The notes beneath the pieces are model-generated. The model did not search any database. It was not told the origin of the DNA and saw only the letters and a list, made by a program, of their open reading frames with translations. 64,000 nt of DNA from Eledone cirrhosa (Eukaryota): the NCBI GenBank assembly GCA_964016885.1, contig OZ024745.1, forward strand, positions 59,892,001 to 59,956,000, given 5' to 3'. Both the position numbers and the translations under genes were made by a program. Position 1 is the stretch's first letter. Each line of letters starts with the position of its first letter. Below, in pieces: positions 23,931-36,983 of this stretch.

Positions 23931-26900
23931 GACTTGGAGTGAAAACCTCGACTTGGAGTGAGAACCTCGACTTGGAGTGAGAACCTCGACTTGGAGTGAA
24001 AACCTCGACTTGGAGTGAGAACCTCGACTTGGAGTGAAAACCTCGACTTGGAGTGAAAACCTCGACTTGGAGTGAGAACCTCGACTTGGAGTGAAAACCT
24101 CGACTTGGAGTGAAAACCTCGACTTGGAGTGAAAACCTCGACTTGGAGTGAGAACCTCGACTTGGAGTGAGAACCTCGATTTGGAGTGAAAACCTCGACT
24201 TGGAGTGAGAACCTCGACTTGGAGTGAGAACCTCGACTTGGAGTGAGAACCTCGACTTGGAGTGAGAACCTCGACTTGGAGTGAGAACCTCGACTTGGAG
24301 TGAGAACCTCGACTTGGAGTGAGAACCTCGACTTGGAGTGAGAACCTCGACTTGGAGTGAGAACCTCGACTTGGAGTGAAAACCTCGACTTGGAGTGAGA
24401 ACCTCGACTTGGAGTGAGAACCTCGACTTGGAGTGAGAACCTCGACTTGGAGTGAAAACTTCGACTTGGAGTGAGAACCTCGACTTGGAGTGAGAACCTC
24501 GACTTGGAGTGAGAACCTCGACTTGGAGTGGAAACCTCGACTTGGAGTGAGAACCTCGACTTGGAGTGAGAACCTCGACTTGGAGTGAGAACCTCGACTT
24601 GGAGTGAGAACCTCGACTTGGAGTGAAAACCTCGACTTGGAGTGAGAACCTCGACTTGGAGTGAAAACCTCGACTTGGAGTGAGAACCTCGACTTGGAGT
24701 GAAAACCTCGACTTGGAGTGAGAACCTCGACTTGGAGTGAGAACCTCGACTTGGAGTGAGAACCTCGACTTGGAGTGAGAACCTCGACTTTGAGTGAAAA
24801 CCTCGACTTGGAGAGAGAACCTCCACTTGGAGTGAGAACCTCGACTTTGAGTGAAAACCTCGACTTGGAGTGAGAACCTCGACTTTGAGTGAAAACCTCG
24901 ACTTGGAGTGAGAACCTCGACTTGGAGTGAGAACCTCGACTTGGAGTGAGAACCTCGACTTGGAGTGGAAACCTCGACTTGGAGTGAGAACCTCGACTTG
25001 GAGTGAAAACCTCGACTTGGAGTGAGAACCTCGACTTGGAGTGAAAACCTCGACTTGGAGTGAAAACCTCGACTTGGAGTGAAAACCTCGACTTGGAGTG
25101 AGAACCTCGACTTGGAGTGAAAACCTCGACTTGGAGTGAGAACCTCGACTTGGAGTGAAAACCTCGACTTGGAGTGAGAACCTCGACTTGGAGTGAAAAC
25201 CTTGACTTGGAGTGAGAACCTCGACTTGGAGTGAGAACCTCGACTTTGAGTGAAAACCTCGACTTGGAGAGAGAACCTCGACTTGGAGTGAGAACCTCGA
25301 CTTTGAGTGAAAACCTCGACTTGGAGTGAGAACCTCGACTTTGAGTGAAAACCTCGACTTGGAGTGAGAACCTCGACTTGGAGTGAAAACCTCGACTTGG
25401 AGTGAAAACCTCGACTTGGAGTGAGAACCTCGACTTGGAGTGGAAACCTCGACTTGGAGTGAGAACCTCGACTTGGAGTGAAAACCTCGACTTGGAGTGA
25501 GAACCTCGACTTGGAGTGAGAACCTCGACTTGGAGTGAGAACCTCGACTTGGAGTGAGAACCTCGACTTGGAGTGAGAACCTCGACTTGGAGTGAGAACC
25601 TCGACTTGGAGTGAGAACCTCGACTTGGAGTGAGAACCTCGACTTGGAGTGAAAACCTCGACTAGGAGTGAGAACCTCGACTTGGAGTGAGAACCTCGAC
25701 TTGGAGTGAGAACCTCGACTTGGAGTGAGAACCTCGACTTGGAGTGAGAACCTCGACTTGCAGTGAAAACCTCGACTTGGAGTGAGAACCTCGACTTGCA
25801 GTGAAAACCTCGACTTGGAGTGAGAACCTCGACTTGGAGTGAAAACCTCGACTTGGAGTGAAAACCTCGACTTGGAATGAAGACCTCGACTTGGAGTGTA
25901 AACTGCGACTCTGAGTGAAAACCTCGACGTGGAGTGAGAACCTCGACTTGGAGTGAAAACCTCGACTTGGAGTGAGAACCTCGACTTGGAGTGAAAACCT
26001 CGACTTGGAGTGAAAACCTCGACTTGGAGTGAGAACCTCGACTTGGAGTGAGAACCTCGACTTGGAGTGAGAACCTCGACTTGGAGTGTAAACTGCGACT
26101 CTGAGTGAAAACCTCGACTTGGAGTGAGAACCTCGACTTGGAGTGAAAACCTCGACTTGGAGTGAGAACCTCGACTTGGAGTCAGAACCTCAACTTGGAG
26201 CCAGAACCTCGACTTGGAGTCAGAACCTCGACTTGGAGTCAGAACCTCGACTTGGAGTGAAAACCTCGACTTGGAGTGAAAACCTCGACTTGGAGTGAGA
26301 ACCTCGACTTGGAGTGAGAACCTCGACTTGGAGTGAAAACCTCGACTTGGAGTGAGAACCTCTACTTGGAGTGAAAACCTCGACTTGGAGTGTAAACTGC
26401 GACTTGGAGTGAGAACCTCTACTTGGAGTGAAAACCTCGACTTGGAGTGTAAACTGCGACTTGGAGTGAGAACCTCGACTTGGAGTGAGAACCTCGACTT
26501 CGAGTGAGAACCTCGACTTGGAGTGAGAACCTCGACTTGGAGTGAGAACCTCGACTTGGAGTGAAAACCTCGACTTGGAGTGAGAACCTCGACTTGGAGC
26601 GAAAACCTCGACTTGGAGTGAGAACCTCGACTTGGAGTGAAAACCTCGACTTGGAGTGAGAACCTCGACTTGGAGTGAAAACCTCGACTTGGAGTGAAAA
26701 CCTCGACTTGGAGTGAAAACCTCGACTTGGAGTGAAAACCTCGACTTGGAGTGAAAACCTCGACTTGGAGTGAAAACCTCGACTTGGAGTGAAAACCTCG
26801 ACTTGGAGTGAGAACCTCGACTTGGAGTGAGAACCTCGACTTGGAGTGAAAACCTCGACTTGGAGTGAGAACCTCGACTTGGAGTGAGAACCTCGACTTG

Positions 26901-29022
26901 GAGTGAGAACCTCGACTTGGAGTGAAAACCTCGACTTGGAGTGAAAACCTCGACTTGGAGTGAAAACCTCGACTTGGATTGAGAACCTCGACTTGGAGTG
27001 AAAACCTCGACTTGGAGTGAGAACCTCGACTTGGAGTGAGAACCTCGACTTGGAGTGAAAACCTCGACTTGGAGTGAGAACCTCGACTTGGAGTGAGAAC
27101 CTCGACTTGGAGTGAGAACCTCGACTTGGAGTGAAAACTTCGACTTGGAGTGAGAACCTCGACTTGGAGTGAGAACCTCGACTTGGAGTGAGAACCTCGA
27201 CTTGGAGTGGAAACCTCGACTTGGAGTGAGAACCTCGACTTGGAGTGAGAACCTCGACTTGGAGTGAGAACCTCGACTTGGAGTGAGAACCTCGACTTGG
27301 AGTGAAAACCTCGACTTGGAGTGAGAACCTCGACTTGGAGTGAAAACCTCGACTTGGAGTGAGAACCTCGACTTGGAGTGAAAACCTCGACTTGGAGTGA
27401 GAACCTCGACTTGGAGTGAGAACCTCGACTTGGAGTGAGAACCTCGACTTGGAGTGAGAACCTCGACTTTGAGTGAAAACCTCGACTTGGAGAGAGAACC
27501 TCCACTTGGAGTGAGAACCTCGACTTTGAGTGAAAACCTCGACTTGGAGTGAGAACCTCGACTTTGAGTGAAAACCTCGACTTGGAGTGAGAACCTCGAC
27601 TTGGAGTGAGAACCTCGACTTGGAGTGAGAACCTCGACTTGGAGTGGAAACCTCGACTTGGAGTGAGAACCTCGACTTGGAGTGAAAACCTCGACTTGGA
27701 GTGAGAACCTCGACTTGGAGTGAAAACCTCGACTTGGAGTGAAAACCTCGACTTGGAGTGAAAACCTCGACTTGGAGTGAGAACCTCGACTTGGAGTGAA
27801 AACCTCGACTTGGAGTGAGAACCTCGACTTGGAGTGAAAACCTCGACTTGGAGTGAGAACCTCGACTTGGAGTGAAAACCTCGACTTGGAGTGAAAACCT
27901 CGACTAGGAGTGAGAACCTCGACTTGGAGTGAGAACCTCGACTTGGAGTGAGAACCTCGACTTGGAGTGGGAACCTCGACTTGGAGTGAGAACCTCGACT
28001 TGGAGTGAGAACCTCGACTTGCAGTGAAAACCTCGACTTGGAGTGAGAACCTCGACTTGCAGTGAAAACCTCGACTTGGAGTGAGAACCTCGACTTGCAG
28101 TGAAAACCTCGACTTGGAGTGAGAACCTCGACTTGGAGTGAAAACCTCGACTTGTAGTGAAAACCTCGACTTGGAGTGAGAACCTCGACTTGGAGTGAAA
28201 ACCTCGACTTGGAGTGAAAACCTCGACTTGGAATGAAGACCTCGACTTGGAGTGAGAACCTCGACTTGGAGTGAGAACCTCGACTTGGAGTGAGAACCTC
28301 GACTTGGAGTGAGAACCTCGACTTGGAGTGAGAACCTCGACTTGGAGTGTAAACTGCGACTCTGAGTGAAAACCTCGACGTGGAGTGAGAACCTCGACTT
28401 GGAGTGAAAACCTCGACTTGGAGTGAGAACCTCGACTTGGAGTGAGAACCTCGACTTGGAGTGAAAACCTCGACTTGGAGTGAAAACCTCGACTTGGAGT
28501 GAAAACCTCGACTTGGAGTGAGAACCTCGACTTGGAGTGAAAACCTCGACTTGGAGTGAAAACCTCGACTTGGAGTGAGAACCTCGACTTGGAGTGAGAA
28601 CCTCGACTTGGAGTGAGAACCTCGACTTGGAGTGTAAACTGCGACTCTGAGTGAAAACCTCGACTTGGAGTGAGAACCTCGACTTGGAGTGAAAACCTCG
28701 ACTTGGAGTGAGAACCTCGACTTGGAGTCAGAACCTCGACTTGGAGTCAGAACCTCGACTTGGAGTCAGAACCTCAACTTGGAGTCAGAACCTCGACTTG
28801 GAGTCAGAACCTCGACTTGGAGTGAAAACCTCGACTTGGAGTGAAAACCTCGACTTGGAGTGAAAACCTCGACTTGGAGTGAGAACCTCGACTTGGAGTG
28901 AGAACCTCGACTTGGAGTGAAAACCTCGACTTGGAGTGAGAACCTCTACTTGGAGTGAAAACCTCGACTTGGAGTGAAAACCTCGACTTGGAGTGTAAAC
29001 TGCGACTTGGAGTGTAAACTGC

Positions 29023-29440
29023 GACTTGGAGTGTAATGTACAACTTGGAGCATAATGTACAACTTGGAGCATAATGTACGACTTGGAGCATAATGTACGA
29101 CTTAGAGTGTAATGTAGGACTTAGAGTGTAATGTAGGACTTAGAGTGTAATGTAGGACTTAGAGTGTAATGTAGGACTTAGAGTGTAATGTAGGACTAGG
29201 AGCATAATGTAGGACTAGGAGCATAATGTACGACTTGGAGTGTAATGTAGGACTTGGAGTGTAATGTAGGACTTGGAGTGTAAACTGCGAGTTGAAATAT
29301 AAATTGCGACTTGGATTGTAAACCTTGACTTGCAGTGTATTGAACAACTTGGGGTGTATACTGCGGCTTGGAGTGTAAACTGCGGCTCCGAATATAAACT
29401 ACGACTTGCAGTGTCATATATGACTCTGAGTGAAAACCTC
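29023..29440 (+). repeat. Cassette copy 9
   Basis: Same as copy 1; 290 monomers after copy 8. Confidence 0.95.
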
Positions 29441-32271
29441 GACTTGGAGTGAAAACCTCGACTTGGAGTGAGAACCTCGACTTGGAGTGAGAACCTCGAC
29501 TTGGAGTGAAAACCTCGACTTGGAGTGAGAACCTCGACTTGGAGTGAAAACCTCGACTTGGAGTGAAAACCTCGACTTGGAGTGAGAACCTCGACTTGGA
29601 GTGAAAACCTCGACTTGGAGTGAAAACCTCGACTTGGAGTGAAAACCTCGACTTGGAGTGAGAACCTCGACTTGGAGTGAGAACCTCGATTTGGAGTGAA
29701 AACCTCGACTTGGAGTGAGAACCTCGACTTGGAGTGAGAACCTCGACTTGGAGTGAGAACCTCGACTTGGAGTGAGAACCTCGACTTGGAGTGAGAACCT
29801 CGACTTGGAGTGAGAACCTCGACTTGGAGTGAGAACCTCGACTTGGAGTGAGAACCTCGACTTGGAGTGAGAACCTCGACTTGGAGTGAAAACCTCGACT
29901 TGGAGTGAGAACCTCGACTTGGAGTGAGAACCTCGACTTGGAGTGAGAACCTCGACTTGGAGTGAAAACTTCGACTTGGAGTGAGAACCTCGACTTGGAG
30001 TGAGAACCTCGACTTGGAGTGAGAACCTCGACTTGGAGTGGAAACCTCGACTTGGAGTGAGAACCTCGACTTGGAGTGAGAACCTCGACTTGGAGTGAGA
30101 ACCTCGACTTGGAGTGAGAACCTCGACTTGGAGTGAAAACCTCGACTTGGAGTGAGAACCTCGACTTGGAGTGAAAACCTCGACTTGGAGTGAGAACCTC
30201 GACTTGGAGTGAAAACCTCGACTTGGAGTGAGAACCTCGACTTGGAGTGAGAACCTCGACTTGGAGTGAGAACCTCGACTTGGAGTGAGAACCTCGACTT
30301 TGAGTGAAAACCTCGACTTGGAGAGAGAACCTCCACTTGGAGTGAGAACCTCGACTTTGAGTGAAAACCTCGACTTGGAGTGAGAACCTCGACTTTGAGT
30401 GAAAACCTCGACTTGGAGTGAGAACCTCGACTTGGAGTGAGAACCTCGACTTGGAGTGAGAACCTCGACTTGGAGTGGAAACCTCGACTTGGAGTGAGAA
30501 CCTCGACTTGGAGTGAAAACCTCGACTTGGAGTGAGAACCTCGACTTGGAGTGAAAACCTCGACTTGGAGTGAAAACCTCGACTTGGAGTGAAAACCTCG
30601 ACTTGGAGTGAGAACCTCGACTTGGAGTGAAAACCTCGACTTGGAGTGAGAACCTCGACTTGGAGTGAAAACCTCGACTTGGAGTGAGAACCTCGACTTG
30701 GAGTGAAAACCTCGACTTGGAGTGAGAACCTCGACTTGGAGTGAGAACCTCGACTTTGAGTGAAAACCTCGACTTGGAGAGAGAACCTCGACTTGGAGTG
30801 AGAACCTCGACTTTGAGTGAAAACCTCGACTTGGAGTGAGAACCTCGACTTTGAGTGAAAACCTCGACTTGGAGTGAGAACCTCGACTTGGAGTGAAAAC
30901 CTCGACTTGGAGTGAAAACCTCGACTTGGAGTGAGAACCTCGACTTGGAGTGGAAACCTCGACTTGGAGTGAGAACCTCGACTTGGAGTGAAAACCTCGA
31001 CTTGGAGTGAGAACCTCGACTTGGAGTGAGAACCTCGACTTGGAGTGAGAACCTCGACTTGGAGTGAGAACCTCGACTTGGAGTGAGAACCTCGACTTGG
31101 AGTGAGAACCTCGACTTGGAGTGAGAACCTCGACTTGGAGTGAAAACCTCGACTAGGAGTGAGAACCTCGACTTGGAGTGAGAACCTCGACTTGGAGTGA
31201 GAACCTCGACTTGGAGTGAGAACCTCGACTTGGAGTGAGAACCTCGACTTGGAGTGAGAACCTCGACTTGCAGTGAAAACCTCGACTTGGAGTGAGAACC
31301 TCGACTTGCAGTGAAAACCTCGACTTGGAGTGAGAACCTCGACTTGCAGTGAAAACCTCGACTTGGAGTGAGAACCTCGACTTGGAGTGAAAACCTCGAC
31401 TTGCAGTGAAAACCTCGACTTGGAGTGAGAACCTCGACTTGGAGTGAAAACCTCGACTTGGAGTGAAAACCTCGACTTGGAATGAAGACCTCGACTTGGA
31501 GTGAGAACCTCGACTTGGAGTGAGAACCTCGACTTGGAGTGAGAACCTCGACTTGGAGTGAGAACCTCGACTTGGAGTGAGAACCTCGACTTGGAGTGTA
31601 AACTGCGACTCTGAGTGAAAACCTCGACGTGGAGTGAGAACCTCGACTTGGAGTGAAAACCTCGACTTGGAGTGAGAACCTCGACTTGGAGTGAAAACCT
31701 CGACTTGGAGTGAAAACCTCGACTTGGAGTGAGAACCTCGACTTGGAGTGAGAACCTCGACTTGGAGTGAGAACCTCGACTTGGAGTGTAAACTGCGACT
31801 CTGAGTGAAAACCTCGACTTGGAGTGAGAACCTCGACTTGGAGTGAAAACCTCGACTTGGAGTGAGAACCTCGACTTGGAGTCAGAACCTCGACTTGGAG
31901 TCAGAACCTCAACTTGGAGTCAGAACCTCGACTTGGAGTCAGAACCTCGACTTGGAGTCAGAACCTCGACTTGGAGTGAAAACCTCGACTTGGAGTGAAA
32001 ACCTCGACTTGGAGTGAAAACCTCGACTTGGAGTGAGAACCTCGACTTGGAGTGGAAACCTCGACTTGGAGTGAGAACCTCGACTTGGAGTGAAAACCTC
32101 GACTTGGAGTGAGAACCTCGACTTGGAGTGAGAACCTCGACTTGGAGTGAGAACCTCGACTTGGAGTGAGAACCTCGACTTGGAGTGAGAACCTCTACTT
32201 GGAGTGAAAACCTCGACTTGGAGTGAAAACCTCGACTTGGAGTGTAAACTGCGACTTGGAGTGTAAACTGC

Positions 32272-32689
32272 GACTTGGAGTGTAATGTACAACTTGGAGC
32301 ATAATGTACAACTTGGAGCATAATGTACGACTTGGAGCATAATGTACGACTTAGAGTGTAATGTAGGACTTAGAGTGTAATGTAGGACTTAGAGTGTAAT
32401 GTAGGACTTAGAGTGTAATGTAGGACTTAGAGTGTAATGTAGGACTAGGAGCATAATGTAGGACTAGGAGCATAATGTACGACTTGGAGTGTAATGTAGG
32501 ACTTGGAGTGTAATGTAGGACTTGGAGTGTAAACTGCGAGTTGAAATATAAATTGCGACTTGGATTGTAAACCTTGACTTGCAGTGTATTGAACAACTTG
32601 GGGTGTATACTGCGGCTTGGAGTGTAAACTGCGGCTCCGAATATAAACTACGACTTGCAGTGTCATATATGACTCTGAGTGAAAACCTC
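32272..32689 (+). repeat. Cassette copy 10
   Basis: Same as copy 1; 171 monomers after copy 9. Confidence 0.95.
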
Positions 32690-35600
32690 GACTTGGAGTG
32701 AAAACCTCGACTTGGAGTGAGAACCTCGACTTGGAGTGAGAACCTCGACTTGGAGTGAAAACCTCGACTTGGAGTGAGAACCTCGACTTGGAGTGAAAAC
32801 CTCGACTTGGAGTGAAAACCTCGACTTGGAGTGAGAACCTCGACTTGGAGTGAAAACCTCGACTTGGAGTGAAAACCTCGACTTGGAGTGAAAACCTCGA
32901 CTTGGAGTGAGAACCTCGACTTGGAGTGAGAACCTCGATTTGGAGTGAAAACCTCGACTTGGAGTGAGAACCTCGACTTGGAGTGAGAACCTCGACTTGG
33001 AGTGAGAACCTCGACTTGGAGTGAGAACCTCGACTTGGAGTGAGAACCTCGACTTGGAGTGAGAACCTCGACTTGGAGTGAGAACCTCGACTTGGAGTGA
33101 GAACCTCGACTTGGAGTGAAAACCTCGACTTGGAGTGAGAACCTCGACTTGGAGTGAGAACCTCGACTTGGAGTGAGAACCTCGACTTGGAGTGAAAACT
33201 TCGACTTGGAGTGAGAACCTCGACTTGGAGTGAGAACCTCGACTTGGAGTGAGAACCTCGACTTGGAGTGGAAACCTCGACTTGGAGTGAGAACCTCGAC
33301 TTGGAGTGAGAACCTCGACTTGGAGTGAGAACCTCGACTTGGAGTGAGAACCTCGACTTGGAGTGAAAACCTCGACTTGGAGTGAGAACCTCGACTTGGA
33401 GTGAAAACCTCGACTTGGAGTGAGAACCTCGACTTGGAGTGAGAACCTCGACTTGGAGTGAGAACCTCGACTTGGAGTGAGAACCTCGACTTGGAGTGAG
33501 AACCTCGACTTGGAGTGAGAACCTCGACTTGGAGTGAAAACCTCGACTTGGAGAGAGAACCTCCACTTGGAGTGAGAACCTCGACTTTGAGTGAAAACCT
33601 CGACTTGGAGTGAGAACCTCGACTTTGAGTGAAAACCTCGACTTGGAGTGAGAACCTCGACTTGGAGTGAGAACCTCGACTTGGAGTGAGAACCTCGACT
33701 TGGAGTGGAAACCTCGACTTGGAGTGAGAACCTCGACTTGGAGTGAAAACCTCGACTTGGAGTGAGAACCTCGACTTGGAATGAAAACCTCGACTTGGAG
33801 TGAAAACCTCGACTTGGAGTGAAAACCTCGACTTGGAGTGAGAACCTCGACTTGGAGTGAAAACCTCGACTTGGAGTGAGAACCTCGACTTGGAGTGAAA
33901 ACCTCGACTTGGAGTGAGAACCTCGACTTGGAGTGAAAACCTCGACTTGGAGTGAGAACCTCGACTTGGAGTGAGAACCTCGACTTTGAGTGAAAACCTC
34001 GACTTGGAGAGAGAACCTCGACTTGGAGTGAGAACCTCGACTTTGAGTGAAAACCTCGACTTGGAGTGAGAACCTCGACTTTGAGTGAAAACCTCGACTT
34101 GGAGTGAGAACCTCGACTTGGAGTGAAAACCTCGACTTGGAGTGAAAACCTCGACTTGGAGTGAGAACCTCGACTTGGAGTGGAAACCTCGACTTGGAGT
34201 GAGAACCTCGACTTGGAGTGAAAACCTCGACTTGGAGTGAGAACCTCGACTTGGAGTGAGAACCTCGACTTGGAGTGAGAACCTCGACTTGGAGTGAGAA
34301 CCTCGACTTGGAGTGAGAACCTCGACTTGGAGTGAGAACCTCGACTTGGAGTGAGAACCTCGACTTGGAGTGAAAACCTCGACTAGGAGTGAGAACCTCG
34401 ACTTGGAGTGAGAACCTCGACTTGGAGTGAGAACCTCGACTTGGAGTGAGAACCTCGACTTGGAGTGAGAACCTCGACTTGGAGTGAGAACCTCGACTTG
34501 CAGTGAAAACCTCGACTTGGAGTGAGAACCTCGACTTGCAGTGAAAACCTCGACTTGGAGTGAGAACCTCGACTTGCAGTGAAAACCTCGACTTGGAGTG
34601 AGAACCTCGACTTGGAGTGAAAACCTCGACTTGCAGTGAAAACCTCGACTTGGAGTGAGAACCTCGACTTGGAGTGAAAACCTCGACTTGGAGTGAAAAC
34701 CTCGACTTGGAATGAAGACCTCGACTTGGAGTGAGAACCTCGACTTGGAGTGAGAACCTCGACTTGGAGTGAGAACCTCGACTTGGAGTGGAAACCTCGA
34801 CTTGGAGTGAGAACCTCGACTTGGAGTGAAAACCTCGACTTGGAGTGAGAACCTCGACTTGGAGTGAAAACCTCGACTTGGAGTGAAAACCTCGACTTGG
34901 AGTGAAAACCTCGACTTGGAGTGAGAACCTCGACTTGGAGTGAAAACCTCGACTTGGAGTGAGAACCTCGACTTGGAGTGAAAACCTCGACTTGGAGTGA
35001 GAACCTCGACTTGGAGTGAAAACCTCGACTTGGAGTGAGAACCTCGACTTGGAGTGAGAACCTCGACTTTGAGTGAAAACCTCGACTTGGAGAGAGAACC
35101 TCGACTTGGAGTGAGAACCTCGACTTTGAGTGAAAACCTCGACTTGGAGTGAGAACCTCGACTTTGAGTGAAAACCTCGACTTGGAGTGAGAACCTCGAC
35201 TTGGAGTGAAAACCTCGACTTGGAGTGAAAACCTCGACTTGGAGTGAGAACCTCGACTTGGAGTGGAAACCTCGACTTGGAGTGAGAACCTCGACTTGGA
35301 GTGAAAACCTCGACTTGGAGTGAGAACCTCGACTTGGAGTGAGAACCTCGACTTGGAGTGAGAACCTCGACTTGGAGTGAGAACCTCGACTTGGAGTGAG
35401 AACCTCGACTTGGAGTGAGAACCTCGACTTGGAGTGAGAACCTCGACTTGGAGTGAAAACCTCGACTAGGAGTGAGAACCTCGACTTGGAGTGAGAACCT
35501 CGACTTGGAGTGAGAACCTCGACTTGGAGTGAGAACCTCGACTTGGAGTGAGAACCTCGACTTGCAGTGAAAACCTCGACTTGGAGTGAGAACCTCGACT

Positions 35601-36565
35601 TGCAGTGAAAACCTCGACTTGGAGTGAGAACCTCGACTTGCAGTGAAAACCTCGACTTGGAGTGAGAACCTCGACTTGGAGTGAAAACCTCGACTTGCAG
35701 TGAAAACCTCGACTTGGAGTGAGAACCTCGACTTGGAGTGAAAACCTCGACTTGGAGTGAAAACCTCGACTTGGAATGAAGACCTCGACTTGGAGTGAGA
35801 ACCTCGACTTGGAGTGAGAACCTCGACTTGGAGTGAGAACCTCGACTTGGAGTGAGAACCTCGACTTGGAGTGAGAACCTCGACTTGGAGTGTAAACTGC
35901 GACTCTGAGTGAAAACCTCGACGTGGAGTGAGAACCTCGACTTGGAGTGAAAACCTCGACTTGGAGTGAGAACCTCGACTTGGAGTGAAAACCTCGACTT
36001 GGAGTGAAAACCTCGACTTGGAGTGAGAACCTCGACTTGGAGTGAGAACCTCGACTTGGAGTGAGAACCTCGACTTGGAGTGTAAACTGCGACTCTGAGT
36101 GAAAACCTCGACTTGGAGTGAGAACCTCGACTTGGAGTGAAAACCTCGACTTGGAGTGAGAACCTCGACTTGGAGTCAGAACCTCGACTTGGAGTCAGAA
36201 CCTCAACTTGGAGTCAGAACCTCGACTTGGAGTCAGAACCTCGACTTGGAGTCAGAACCTCGACTTGGAGTGAAAACCTCGACTTGGAGTGAAAACCTCG
36301 ACTTGGAGTGAAAACCTCGACTTGGAGTGAGAACCTCGACTTGGAGTGGAAACCTCGACTTGGAGTGAGAACCTCGACTTGGAGTGAAAACCTCGACTTG
36401 GAGTGAGAACCTCGACTTGGAGTGAGAACCTCGACTTGGAGTGAGAACCTCGACTTGGAGTGAGAACCTCGACTTGGAGTGAGAACCTCTACTTGGAGTG
36501 AAAACCTCGACTTGGAGTGAAAACCTCGACTTGGAGTGTAAACTGCGACTTGGAGTGTAAACTGC

Positions 36566-36983
36566 GACTTGGAGTGTAATGTACAACTTGGAGCATAATG
36601 TACAACTTGGAGCATAATGTACGACTTGGAGCATAATGTACGACTTAGAGTGTAATGTAGGACTTAGAGTGTAATGTAGGACTTAGAGTGTAATGTAGGA
36701 CTTAGAGTGTAATGTAGGACTTAGAGTGTAATGTAGGACTAGGAGCATAATGTAGGACTAGGAGCATAATGTACGACTTGGAGTGTAATGTAGGACTTGG
36801 AGTGTAATGTAGGACTTGGAGTGTAAACTGCGAGTTGAAATATAAATTGCGACTTGGATTGTAAACCTTGACTTGCAGTGTATTGAACAACTTGGGGTGT
36901 ATACTGCGGCTTGGAGTGTAAACTGCGGCTCCGAATATAAACTACGACTTGCAGTGTCATATATGACTCTGAGTGAAAACCTC
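36566..36983 (+). repeat. Cassette copy 11
   Basis: Same as copy 1; 226 monomers after copy 10. Confidence 0.95.
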
